64,000 nt of DNA from Gammaproteobacteria bacterium. Its GTDB lineage: Bacteria > Pseudomonadota > Gammaproteobacteria > JAADHQ01. The DNA lies in NCBI GenBank assembly GCA_011052215.1, contig DRJK01000127.1, positions 652 through 64,651 on the forward strand, in the 5' to 3' direction. The notes under the pieces are model-generated. The model made no database searches. It was not told where the DNA came from and saw only the letters and a program-made list of their open reading frames with translations. Of the stretch, positions 45,090 through 54,181 are shown piece by piece (position 1 is the stretch's first letter; each line of letters starts with the position of its first letter). Both the position numbers and the translations under genes were made by a program.

Positions 45090-45193
45090 TGAAATAATTA
45101 CTGGAAGCCGGCCAGACTCCTGATACTACAATACAGCAATGTATGATGATAATAAATGGAGTGGGTCGATTTGAGCCAGACCTGCGTCCAGAA

Positions 45194-46333
45194 TCAGAAT
45201 TTCATGCCATCGAAAAACTTCTTCACCCCGTTCATCCATGAATGTGAGCGAGGGCTGTGTTTGTTACTGCCCGCTATCAGGCTTTGATCAAATTCTCTCA
45301 ATATATCTTTTTGCGCAGCTGACAGACTAACCGGTGTTTCCACAACAACCCGGCACATCAGGTCGCCAACGGCACCACCGCGTACCGGTTTAACGCCCTT
45401 TCCTCTGAGCCTGAACATCTTGCCACTCTGTGTTTCATGCGGAATCTTGAGCTTGACCTTGCCACCCAGGGTCGGGACTTCCAGCTCACCACCCAGTACG
45501 GCGGTAACAAAACTGATTGGCATTTCACAATAGAGATTGCTGTCTTCCCGATGGAAGATATTGTGCTCACGCACATGGGTTTCAACATATAAATCACCTG
45601 AAGGGCCGCCAAACTCACCCGCCTCGCCCTCGCCGGACAAGCGAATGCGATCACCGGTATCAACACCGGCCGGAACCTTGACTGACAGGGTCCGGGTTTG
45701 TTTCACTCTCCCCTGCCCATGACACTTCCCGCAGGGATCGGTGATTATTTTGCCTGTGCCCTTGCAGCGCGGACAAGTCTGCTGTACCGAAAAGAACCCC
45801 TGCTGCATTCGTACCTGTCCCTGTCCACCGCAGGTTGTGCAACTGCTTGCGCTGGTTCCTTTCCTGGCCCCACTGCCCTCACATTCACCACAAGTCACCA
45901 TAACCGGAACCCGGATCTTGACGGTCGTACCGGCTACCGCTTCTTCAAGATCCAGATCAAGCTTGTAACGTAAGTCTGCACCACGATAGGCACGCTGACC
46001 GCCGCCGCTACCACCAAAAATATCGCTGAACACGTCGCCAAAAATATCACTGAAGTTACCACTACCACCAAAACCACCCGCTCCGGCACCTGCACCCATG
46101 GATGGATCCACGCCTGCATGGCCGAACTGGTCATAGGCCGCACGTTTCTGGCCGTTGGACAGGATGTCATAGGCCTCCTTGGCCTCCTTGAATTTCTCCT
46201 CTGCCTCGTCCTTGTTTTCCTGGTTTCGATCCGGGTGACATTTCATCGCCAGTCGTTTGAAGGCCTTTTTCAGATCGGCGTCACTGACATTTTTTTCAAC
46301 ACCCAGTATTGTGTAGTAATCACGTTTTGACAT
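45194..46333 (-). CDS. dnaJ: Chaperone DnaJ
   Basis: 379 aa. J-domain with HPD, a Gly/Phe-rich region and four CxxCxGxG zinc-finger repeats. Confidence 0.97.
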   Translation of the reverse strand: MSKRDYYTILGVEKNVSDADLKKAFKRLAMKCHPDRNQENKDEAEEKFKEAKEAYDILSNGQKRAAYDQFGHAGVDPSMGAGAGAGGFGGSGNFSDIFGDVFSDIFGGSGGGQRAYRGADLRYKLDLDLEEAVAGTTVKIRVPVMVTCGECEGSGARKGTSASSCTTCGGQGQVRMQQGFFSVQQTCPRCKGTGKIITDPCGKCHGQGRVKQTRTLSVKVPAGVDTGDRIRLSGEGEAGEFGGPSGDLYVETHVREHNIFHREDSNLYCEMPISFVTAVLGGELEVPTLGGKVKLKIPHETQSGKMFRLRGKGVKPVRGGAVGDLMCRVVVETPVSLSAAQKDILREFDQSLIAGSNKHSPRSHSWMNGVKKFFDGMKF

Positions 46334-46434
46334 ATTAAAATCGCTTTAAATTCTTATTCTCCCGACACGCAGATGGCAGTTTACAGGTTCCCCTGCAAAC
46401 TGCCACTGACTTTTACCTCTATTGTGAGAAGCTA

Positions 46435-48366
46435 TTACTTGTCGTCTTTAACTTCTTCAAACTCGGCATCGACAACATCTTCAGCAGAACCTGCATCTGC
46501 TCCCTGTGCCTCAGCACCTGCTTCCTGCGCCTGACCCTGCTCTGCGGCCTGTGCTGCATAGGCCCTTTCTGCCAGCTTGCCCGACTTTTCAGCCAGTGTC
46601 TTTGTTTTGGCTTCCATGTCATCCTTGTTTTCACCCTTGATAGCTTCCTGCAGTTCCTTGATGGCCGCTTCGATGGATTCCTTTTCACCCTCTTCCATCT
46701 GATCGGCATATTCTGTCATTGACTTATTGGTCGCATGAATCAGGTTATCCGCCTGGTTCCGGACATCAACCAGCTCATGAAATTTCTTGTCCTCATCGGC
46801 ATGTGCCTCTGCATCCTTGACCATGCGTTCGACTTCATCATCCGACAGCCCACTGGAGGCCTTGATAACAATCGATTGTTCTTTGCCACTGGCCTTGTCC
46901 TTGGCATGTACATTGAGAATACCATTGGCATCGATATCAAATGACACATCGATCTGCGGCACCCCGCGTGGCGCAGGTGGAATATCGGCCAGGTCGAAAC
47001 GACCCAGTGACTTGTTCCCTGTGGCTTGCTCACGCTCACCTTGCAGTACATGTACCGTGACGGCCGTCTGGTTATCATCGGCAGTCGAGAACACCTGATT
47101 GGCCTTGGTCGGAATGGTGGTGTTCTTCTCAATCAACTTGGTCATGACACCACCCATGGTTTCGATACCCAGTGACAGGGGTGTTACGTCAAGCAGCAGA
47201 ACATCTTTCACCTCACCACCCAGTACACCACCCTGGATAGATGCGCCCACTGCAACGGCCTCATCCGGGTTAACGTCCTTGCGGGGTTCCTTGCCAAAGA
47301 AGTCCTGTACCGCTTGCTGAACCATCGGCATACGGATCTGGCCGCCCACCATAATGACATCATCGATTTCAGATGTACTCAGACCGGCATCAGCCATTGC
47401 CTGCTTGCAGGGGTCGAGCGACCTTTTGACCAGTTCCTCGACCAGTGATTCCAGCTTGGCGCGGGTGATCTTGATGTTCATGTGTTTTGGACCGGATGCA
47501 TCGGCCGTAATAAACGGCAGATTGACATCGGTCTGCTGTGCAGATGACAGCTCGATCTTCGCTTTTTCAGCCGCTTCCTTCAGGCGTTGCAGGGCCATCG
47601 GGTCGTTGGACAGGTCAACACCCTGGTCCTTCTTGAATTCCTCTATCAGGTAATCGATCAGACGCTGGTCAAAATCCTCACCACCCAGAAAGGTGTCACC
47701 ATTGGTTGACAGTACCTCAATCTGGTGTTCACCATCGATCTCGGCAATCTCAATGATGGATATATCAAACGTTCCACCACCCAGATCATAGACGGCCAGC
47801 TTGCGGTCGCCCTCTTTCTTGTCCATACCGAAGGCCAGTGCCGCAGCAGTTGGCTCGTTGATTATACGTTTGACATCAAGCCCGGCAATCTTGCCCGCAT
47901 CCTTGGTCGCCTGGCGCTGTGAATCATTGAAGTAGGCCGGTACGGTAATAACCGCTTCCGTTACCTCTTCACCGAGGTAATCTTCAGCTGTTTTTTTCAT
48001 TTTCTGCAGGACACGTGCAGAAATTTCCGGGGCGGCCATTTTTTTACCATGGACCTCCACCCAGGCATCACCATTTTCTGCCTTGATAATCTTGTAAGGG
48101 ACCAGGTTGATGTCTTTCTGTACTTCCTTGTCATCAAATTTGCGCCCGATCAACCGTTTGACCGCATACAGGGTATTTTCAGGATTGGTAACCGCCTGTC
48201 GCTTTGCTGACTGGCCTACCAACACCTCATCTTCACCGACAAAGGCCACGACAGAAGGGGTAGTACGGTCACCTTCACTATTTTCTATAACCTTTGCAGA
48301 ACCCCCCTCCATGACTGCAACGCATGAATTAGTCGTTCCAAGGTCGATGCCGATAATTTTACCCAT
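46435..48366 (-). CDS. dnaK: Chaperone DnaK (Hsp70)
   Basis: 643 aa. [22 protein letters not shown] and a C-terminal EEVKDDK-like tail. Confidence 0.98.
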   Translation of the reverse strand: MGKIIGIDLGTTNSCVAVMEGGSAKVIENSEGDRTTPSVVAFVGEDEVLVGQSAKRQAVTNPENTLYAVKRLIGRKFDDKEVQKDINLVPYKIIKAENGDAWVEVHGKKMAAPEISARVLQKMKKTAEDYLGEEVTEAVITVPAYFNDSQRQATKDAGKIAGLDVKRIINEPTAAALAFGMDKKEGDRKLAVYDLGGGTFDISIIEIAEIDGEHQIEVLSTNGDTFLGGEDFDQRLIDYLIEEFKKDQGVDLSNDPMALQRLKEAAEKAKIELSSAQQTDVNLPFITADASGPKHMNIKITRAKLESLVEELVKRSLDPCKQAMADAGLSTSEIDDVIMVGGQIRMPMVQQAVQDFFGKEPRKDVNPDEAVAVGASIQGGVLGGEVKDVLLLDVTPLSLGIETMGGVMTKLIEKNTTIPTKANQVFSTADDNQTAVTVHVLQGEREQATGNKSLGRFDLADIPPAPRGVPQIDVSFDIDANGILNVHAKDKASGKEQSIVIKASSGLSDDEVERMVKDAEAHADEDKKFHELVDVRNQADNLIHATNKSMTEYADQMEEGEKESIEAAIKELQEAIKGENKDDMEAKTKTLAEKSGKLAERAYAAQAAEQGQAQEAGAEAQGADAGSAEDVVDAEFEEVKDDK

Positions 48367-48433
48367 GATATAAAACCTCCACTAATCAATAACTTGTAAA
48401 TTGTTTTTTAAATTTATTCTGTATTACCTCAAA

Positions 48434-48461
48434 AGATGGGGCTTTTATCCTGTTTTTCAAG
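48434..48461 (-). promoter_or_regulatory. Sigma-32 (RpoH) heat-shock promoter upstream of dnaK
   Basis: The minus strand reads CTTGAAA-N13-CCCCATCT, matching the sigma32 -35/-10 consensus (CTTGAAA...CCCCATnT). It lies ~70 nt upstream of the dnaK ATG. Confidence 0.6.
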
Positions 48462-48474
48462 CCTTTTCATCAAT

Positions 48475-49059
48475 TTAACTTTCTTTTTGCTGTGATGTGG
48501 CCTTGGCCACCACTACCATGGCCGGCCTGATCAGGCGACCATTGAGCAGGTAACCCTTCTGGAACACATTCATAACGGTATTCGGTTCTGTATCTGAAGT
48601 TTCCAGCATCGACATGGCCTGATGCAGTTCCGGGTCGAATACCTCACCCTCAGGATTGATTTCCTCCAGATTAAATTTTTCCATGGCATCCGACATCATT
48701 TTTAACGTCAGATCCATACCTTCGCGAATCTTCTCCATCTCCACGCCTTCATCCTGCGCTGCCGAGGAACCCATCGCGAGGCTGTCCCACACGGGGAGCA
48801 GTTCCCGTATGAATTTCTCCAGCCCGAATTTGTGGGCATTTTCCAGGTCACGGCTATGCCGTTTTTTGAGGTTTTCCAGTTCGGCCCGGGTTCTCAGCAA
48901 GTCATTCCAGTGCGAGTCCGCCTTGTTGCGTGCATCTTCCAGTAGTAGATGAATATCTTCATCAGGCTCCTCCTGCTCACCTTCCAGCTCAATACTCTCA
49001 TCCTCTTCAAGCTTTCCCTCTTCATTGAGTTCAGCCTGTTTTTCATTATCAGACATCAA
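48475..49059 (-). CDS. grpE: Nucleotide exchange factor GrpE
   Basis: 194 aa. Acidic N-terminus, long helix and a C-terminal beta domain (GYxLxxRLLRPAMVxV). Confidence 0.93.
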   Translation of the reverse strand: MMSDNEKQAELNEEGKLEEDESIELEGEQEEPDEDIHLLLEDARNKADSHWNDLLRTRAELENLKKRHSRDLENAHKFGLEKFIRELLPVWDSLAMGSSAAQDEGVEMEKIREGMDLTLKMMSDAMEKFNLEEINPEGEVFDPELHQAMSMLETSDTEPNTVMNVFQKGYLLNGRLIRPAMVVVAKATSQQKES

Positions 49060-49135
49060 ATTTCTCCAATACCTTAAAGTAATTTATTAAGTCATGTCAG
49101 GATGGTATCCTGATTGTTATCCTTTTAAATAAGGC

Positions 49136-50191
49136 TTATCCCCTGGAATTCAAGACTGCCCCCAGTACTTTTGCAGTCACATCCACTATCGGAATGACAC
49201 GATCATACTGCATACGCGTCGGACCGATGACACCCAGAACCCCCATTGGCTTGCCACCGATCGAATAGGATGATGTCACCACGCTACACTCATCAAAAAT
49301 CCGGTATCCGGACTCGTCACCAATAAAAATCTGCACGCCTTCAGTATTGACACAATGATCAAGCAAGTTGAGTATTTCCTGTTTCTGATTAAAGGCATCA
49401 AACAGCAGACGCAGTTTATCTACATTGGTAAGCCTGTCTGTCCCCATCAGATTTGATTGTCCTGCCAGGATATAGTCTTCCTCATGTGATTGAGGGCCAA
49501 ACAGGCTTTGGGCCATATCAATCGCAACGTTCATCAGCCTGTTCATGCCATCACGATCATCCTGCATCTGGCTCAACAACTGTTCACGCACATGCATAAT
49601 ATCCATACCCGAAAACTGTTCATTAAAATAATTTGACAGCAGGCGTAATTCATCAATATTGAATTCACGATGAACATTCAGGATCCGGTTCTGCACTTCT
49701 TCATCATTGGTGACCAGGATGGCCAGAACCCTTCTGTCCGAGAGTGGAATGAATTCAATCTGGCGTAATGTAATCTTTTGCACCTTGGGCAAGGTGACAA
49801 TACCGGCCAGTTTCGTCACCCCCGACAAAAACTCTGACACACTCACGGCCAGCTCATGGGTGTTCAGATCATCCTGTAATTGTGACTGTAATTCATCCAG
49901 TAATTTTTTTTGGCCAACAGGATGTGACTCAACCAGACTGTCAACGAAAAAACGATAACCCTGTATCGTCGGTACCCTGCCTGCCGAGGTATGGGGTGAC
50001 TCAATAAATCCCAAATCCTCCAGTTCATGCATGATATTCCTGACCGTGGCAGGGCTGACATCCATCTGGGCGGTTTTGGCCAGGGTCTTGGAACCGACCG
50101 GTAGCCCTTCTGATATATAGTGGCTCACCAGCACTTTCAGCAAATGCTGTGCCCTGTCGTTTAACTCTTTGTCGGCTTTTTTCTTTGGCAT
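49136..50191 (-). CDS. hrcA: Heat-inducible transcription repressor HrcA
   Basis: 351 aa. N-terminal winged helix (LxxRxxxLLKxLVxxYIxxGxPVGSKTL) and the overall HrcA architecture. Confidence 0.9.
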   Translation of the reverse strand: MPKKKADKELNDRAQHLLKVLVSHYISEGLPVGSKTLAKTAQMDVSPATVRNIMHELEDLGFIESPHTSAGRVPTIQGYRFFVDSLVESHPVGQKKLLDELQSQLQDDLNTHELAVSVSEFLSGVTKLAGIVTLPKVQKITLRQIEFIPLSDRRVLAILVTNDEEVQNRILNVHREFNIDELRLLSNYFNEQFSGMDIMHVREQLLSQMQDDRDGMNRLMNVAIDMAQSLFGPQSHEEDYILAGQSNLMGTDRLTNVDKLRLLFDAFNQKQEILNLLDHCVNTEGVQIFIGDESGYRIFDECSVVTSSYSIGGKPMGVLGVIGPTRMQYDRVIPIVDVTAKVLGAVLNSRG

Positions 50192-50231
50192 ACCTGAAAA
50201 ATCTAATGAAAACTGTTATATAAACCAGGTT

Positions 50232-50258
50232 TTAGCACTCACCCTGTCAGAGTGCTAG
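50232..50258. promoter_or_regulatory. CIRCE operator (HrcA binding site) upstream of hrcA
   Basis: TTAGCACTC-N9-GAGTGCTAG matches the CIRCE consensus TTAGCACTC-N9-GAGTGCTAA at 17/18 positions. It lies 40 bp upstream of the hrcA start. Confidence 0.8.
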
Positions 50259-50362
50259 GATATTAGCCTTATTCAGGGTATAAATAAAGAATGATGTAAC
50301 AATTTTCCACTTTGCTGGCATTCATCGACATGCTAACTTTGCAAAAACAAACTATTGAAAAC

Positions 50363-51241
50363 ATGAGTCGCAAATTTAAAACCATAGGGATCATCGGGAA
50401 AACAGCCGATCCAGGCACCGATCAGGCCATCCACAGAATCAGCAATCACCTGCAGCAACAGGGTATTGCCGTACTAGTTGACGAAACGGCAGCAAAAAAT
50501 ATCCCCGATATAGACATTAAAACTGCCAGCAGGGATATTCTTGGTGAAAAATGTGACCTGATTATCGTTGTCGGCGGCGATGGCACCATGCTTGGCGCAG
50601 CACTCACATTTTGTGACCATGCGGTGCCGCTCGTTGGTGTCAATCTGGGTCGCCTGGGTTTCCTCGTTGATATTTCACCATCAGATGCCGAAGAAAAAAT
50701 TGATGAAATCCTCAATGGCGAATACCAGATGGAAGAAAGATCTCTATTGAATGCAACCGTTATCCGCGATGGAAAAGAAATAATACAAGGTAGTGCCCTG
50801 AACGATATCGTTGTCCACAAATGGGACGTTGCCCATATGATAGAGACGAATACCTACATTGACGATCATTTTGTTCATAAACATCGGTCAGATGGAATCA
50901 TTACATCGACACCAACCGGATCCACCGCATATGCACTGTCGGGAGGCGGGCCTATTATCCACCCCGGGCTGGAGTCATTTGTTATTGTCCCTATCTGCCC
51001 ACACACCTTGAGTAACCGCCCCATTGCCGTCAAATCCAGCAGCAAGGTCAGGATAGTGCTAAGTGAAACCAGCAGAAACAAGGGGCAGGTTACCTGTGAC
51101 GGCAGGTTATTACATGAACTGGAGCTGGGCGATGAGGTTCTCATTGAAACCAGGTCAACAAAACTGCATTTACTGCACCCCAAAGGTTACGATTATTATC
51201 AAATACTGCGAGCCAAGTTACACTGGGCTGAACACCCCTGA
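50363..51241 (+). CDS. nadK: NAD kinase
   Basis: GGDGT motif (VGGDGTMLGAA) and an NE/D short motif. Start set at MSRKFKTIGIIGK. The ORF carries a 17-codon upstream extension (from 50312). Confidence 0.9.
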   Translation: MSRKFKTIGIIGKTADPGTDQAIHRISNHLQQQGIAVLVDETAAKNIPDIDIKTASRDILGEKCDLIIVVGGDGTMLGAALTFCDHAVPLVGVNLGRLGFLVDISPSDAEEKIDEILNGEYQMEERSLLNATVIRDGKEIIQGSALNDIVVHKWDVAHMIETNTYIDDHFVHKHRSDGIITSTPTGSTAYALSGGGPIIHPGLESFVIVPICPHTLSNRPIAVKSSSKVRIVLSETSRNKGQVTCDGRLLHELELGDEVLIETRSTKLHLLHPKGYDYYQILRAKLHWAEHP

Positions 51242-51262
51242 ACTGCCTGACAGGCTGCAAAG

Positions 51263-52975
51263 ATGCTGACACACATTCATATACGTGATTTTGCAATCGT
51301 TGAAGAACTCTCACTGGACTTCCAGGACGGCATGAGTGTATTAACCGGAGAAACCGGCGCTGGAAAATCCATTTTACTCGATGCCCTTAACCTGGCGCTG
51401 GGTGACAGGGCAGACACCGGCAATATCCGCTATGGTGCTGACCGTGCAGAAATCAGTGTTACATTCCTGATCGACAAAAATTCTTCTGCGATGAACTGGT
51501 TAAATGAACAATCACTTGACCAGGGTGACGAATGCCTGATACGGCGCGTCATCAGTAATGAAGGTCGCTCAAAGGGTTTTATTAATGGTTGCCCTGCACC
51601 CATGCAATCCCTCAGGGAACTGGGTGAAATACTGGTCGATATTCACGGACAACATGAACATCAGTCGCTTCTTAAAACAGATATCCAGCGACAACTACTG
51701 GATGAATATGCCGGCAGCCAGGGTATTTTGCAGGAACTGAAAAACCTCTACAGGTTATGGAGTGCCAAGACCGGGCAACTGGATTCCCTCAAGCAAACCG
51801 CCAGTGATCGTCAATCACGCATGGATCTGCTCAACTACCAGGTCGGGGAGCTCGATAAACTTGCACTGGAAGAATCGGAATTGCCAGAACTGGCAGAAGA
51901 GCAAGGACGACTGGCCAACGCTGAAAGATTACGAAGTACCGCCATGCAGTATTTGTATGAACTTTATGAATCAGAACAAAACAGTGTTCATCAGTCTCTT
52001 AGTCATGCAATCCGTTCACTTGAGGAGATATCCGCACTGGATCCAACATTAAAAAATATTGTTGAAATGCTCAACAGTGCCGCTGTACAGATTCAGGAAT
52101 CCAGCAGTGAACTGCAAAACTATATTGATAATATCGCCCTGGACCCGGACAGGCTGGATCAGGTAGATGAAAGGCTTGGCTTAATCCATGATCTTTCCCG
52201 AAAACACAATGTCATACCGGAACAGTTGTCAAATCTGCATCAGAATCTGGAGAATGAATTAACAATACTGGGTCAGGCAAATGATGATCTGGGATCACTT
52301 GCAAAGGAACTTGAAGAACTGGCGCTGCAATATCAGGCGCGGGCCACTCAGCTTACCAAACTACGACAAAAAGCAGCGGCAGTATTGAATAAAACCGTTA
52401 CCGAAACCATTCGTAAACTTGGTATGCCGTCAATAGAGTTTGAAATTGCGTTCAACCACACCGATTCTGCAAAGCCTGGAATCAATGGAAATGAGGCTAT
52501 CGAATTCATGATCAGCCCCAACCCGGGGCAACCACAAAAACCTTTGCGCAAGATAGCCTCGGGAGGAGAGTTGTCACGCATCAGTCTGGCCATCCAGACT
52601 ATCCTGGCAGACTCAACTCATATACCTACACTTATATATGACGAAGTTGACACCGGTATTGGTGGCCCGACAGCCGAAGTCGTTGGTAAAAAATTACGTC
52701 ACCTGGGAAATAACCGTCAGGTTTTATGCGTTACTCACCTGGCCCAGGTCGCTGCCCAGGCTCATCAGCACTTGATGGTTTCCAAACAGTCAGATCAACA
52801 ATCTACAACATCAACAGTGACCATCCTGTCTGGCGAACAACGAATTGAAGAAACAGCACGCATGCTGGGTGGCCTGGACATTACAGAACAAGGCCTCTCG
52901 CATGCAAAAGAGATGATCGAACATGCCCAGAAGGAACAGAAAAAACCAGCCCGATCTTCACGCAAGTGCGTATAA
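51263..52975 (+). CDS. recN: DNA repair protein RecN
   Basis: 570 aa. N-terminal Walker A (GETGAGKS), long coiled-coil and a C-terminal signature/Walker B (LSGGE...IYDEVD). Confidence 0.94.
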   Translation: MLTHIHIRDFAIVEELSLDFQDGMSVLTGETGAGKSILLDALNLALGDRADTGNIRYGADRAEISVTFLIDKNSSAMNWLNEQSLDQGDECLIRRVISNEGRSKGFINGCPAPMQSLRELGEILVDIHGQHEHQSLLKTDIQRQLLDEYAGSQGILQELKNLYRLWSAKTGQLDSLKQTASDRQSRMDLLNYQVGELDKLALEESELPELAEEQGRLANAERLRSTAMQYLYELYESEQNSVHQSLSHAIRSLEEISALDPTLKNIVEMLNSAAVQIQESSSELQNYIDNIALDPDRLDQVDERLGLIHDLSRKHNVIPEQLSNLHQNLENELTILGQANDDLGSLAKELEELALQYQARATQLTKLRQKAAAVLNKTVTETIRKLGMPSIEFEIAFNHTDSAKPGINGNEAIEFMISPNPGQPQKPLRKIASGGELSRISLAIQTILADSTHIPTLIYDEVDTGIGGPTAEVVGKKLRHLGNNRQVLCVTHLAQVAAQAHQHLMVSKQSDQQSTTSTVTILSGEQRIEETARMLGGLDITEQGLSHAKEMIEHAQKEQKKPARSSRKCV

Positions 52976-53006
52976 AAATCACTAAAAAATATCATGCCCG
53001 GGATCA

Positions 53007-53115
53007 TTGCTGTCCCGTTAACTTTATGAAGCACATAACAATGTGAGGACATGGAATCGGTAAGACTGATCAAGACCGTCTGCCGCACGGACGCGGCAGC
53101 CGAGCCGCAACGGAT
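53007..53115. repeat. Intergenic repeat element copy B (truncated half-copy with one terminal repeat)
   Basis: TTGCTGTCCCGTTAAC terminus followed by the shared core GTGAGGACATGGAATCGGTAAGACTGATCAAGACCGTCTGCCGCACGGACGCGGCAGCCGAGCCGC. It ends mid-element. Confidence 0.5.
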
Positions 53116-53269
53116 GCGAAGAAAAATATTATTGTGTTTAGAAAGTTTTGCGTTCTTTATCTGCCATGAAATTTCATTTCATGGCCAACATACTGAAACC
53201 CTGCGTCTTCTGTACCAGATCTGATTAATTAACCATGACGATCACACATGATACATCCACCCAATCATT

Positions 53270-54181
53270 TTACTGAACAAATGCCTTTCGATTAATGCTC
53301 TCGACATTTTTTGCTATATAGGCGGGAACAATAAAATAAAAATCAGATTGGTCTGATTTAATAACCACCTGATCATCCTGTTTGTAGAATTCAAACCGAT
53401 AGGAGTTGTCACCCGATTTCAACGTGAACATGTAGGCAGGCTTGCTGTTTGTTAGTTTCATGACGAGTTCGATACCTGCTACGCCGACAACCTGAACATG
53501 TATCAGATAATTAACAAGCCTCTCTATTTCCGTTTGATCAAGTTTTTCTTTCTCTCCCCTGTCTGCAAGCAGCCACTTATCTTCTTGTTTATTTAGCACA
53601 AAATCACTACCTGTAATTTGATTAACCGGCATTTTTGGCTTTAGCAGACCCTTGTCAAACCACTCCTGCGCAGTTGCAGGCGCCAGATGCAAGCCAAACT
53701 GTACGCTGTAAATTGATGCATCACCGGCTTTTCTCACATACTGCTTTTTATAACCGGGTGATTTTCCCAGATACAAATCTGCAACTTGCTGGCCATTGGA
53801 AAACAGGGTAATCCGTCGTTTGTAATTATTTTCTGCCACCTGAAAGCGTTCAGAAGCCTCTGCTGTTTTGGCAACCGGCCATTTCGCATACAGTTTTTTC
53901 AGTGACGCGATAAATACAGACCAGGTTCCCGTATTAACAGGTAAATTATAATAGCCAGGCAATACCCAACCCTGCCCGTTTCCGGTTAATTCAACCTTAT
54001 TGCTACCATCATCAATTATAATCTTTTCAAGTCGGGTATCACCCAGGGAGGTCAGCGTCACATTTCCACGGGAGTTCCCGGTATTGCCAAGATTTGACGA
54101 CAGCAAGAATATTGCCAGTACGATCTGCGCCAACAAAATAACTGAAAGTATTTTGATATTACCGGGCATTACAATGCCCAC
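53270..54181 (-). CDS. DUF4340-like protein (periplasmic, N-terminal membrane anchor), typical partner of GldG-type ABC systems
   Basis: 303 aa with an N-terminal TM helix. Positioned immediately after the GldG-like gene, the usual context of DUF4340 proteins. The family call is from pattern memory, not a search. Confidence 0.5.
   Translation of the reverse strand: MGIVMPGNIKILSVILLAQIVLAIFLLSSNLGNTGNSRGNVTLTSLGDTRLEKIIIDDGSNKVELTGNGQGWVLPGYYNLPVNTGTWSVFIASLKKLYAKWPVAKTAEASERFQVAENNYKRRITLFSNGQQVADLYLGKSPGYKKQYVRKAGDASIYSVQFGLHLAPATAQEWFDKGLLKPKMPVNQITGSDFVLNKQEDKWLLADRGEKEKLDQTEIERLVNYLIHVQVVGVAGIELVMKLTNSKPAYMFTLKSGDNSYRFEFYKQDDQVVIKSDQSDFYFIVPAYIAKNVESINRKAFVQ

Noticed and set aside
49097-49111. 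CAGGAT-GGT-ATCCTG palindrome between grpE and hrcA as a possible terminator or second heat-shock operator
   Set aside because: No T-tract follows. It does not resemble CIRCE or a sigma32 promoter. A 6-bp stem is weak on its own.
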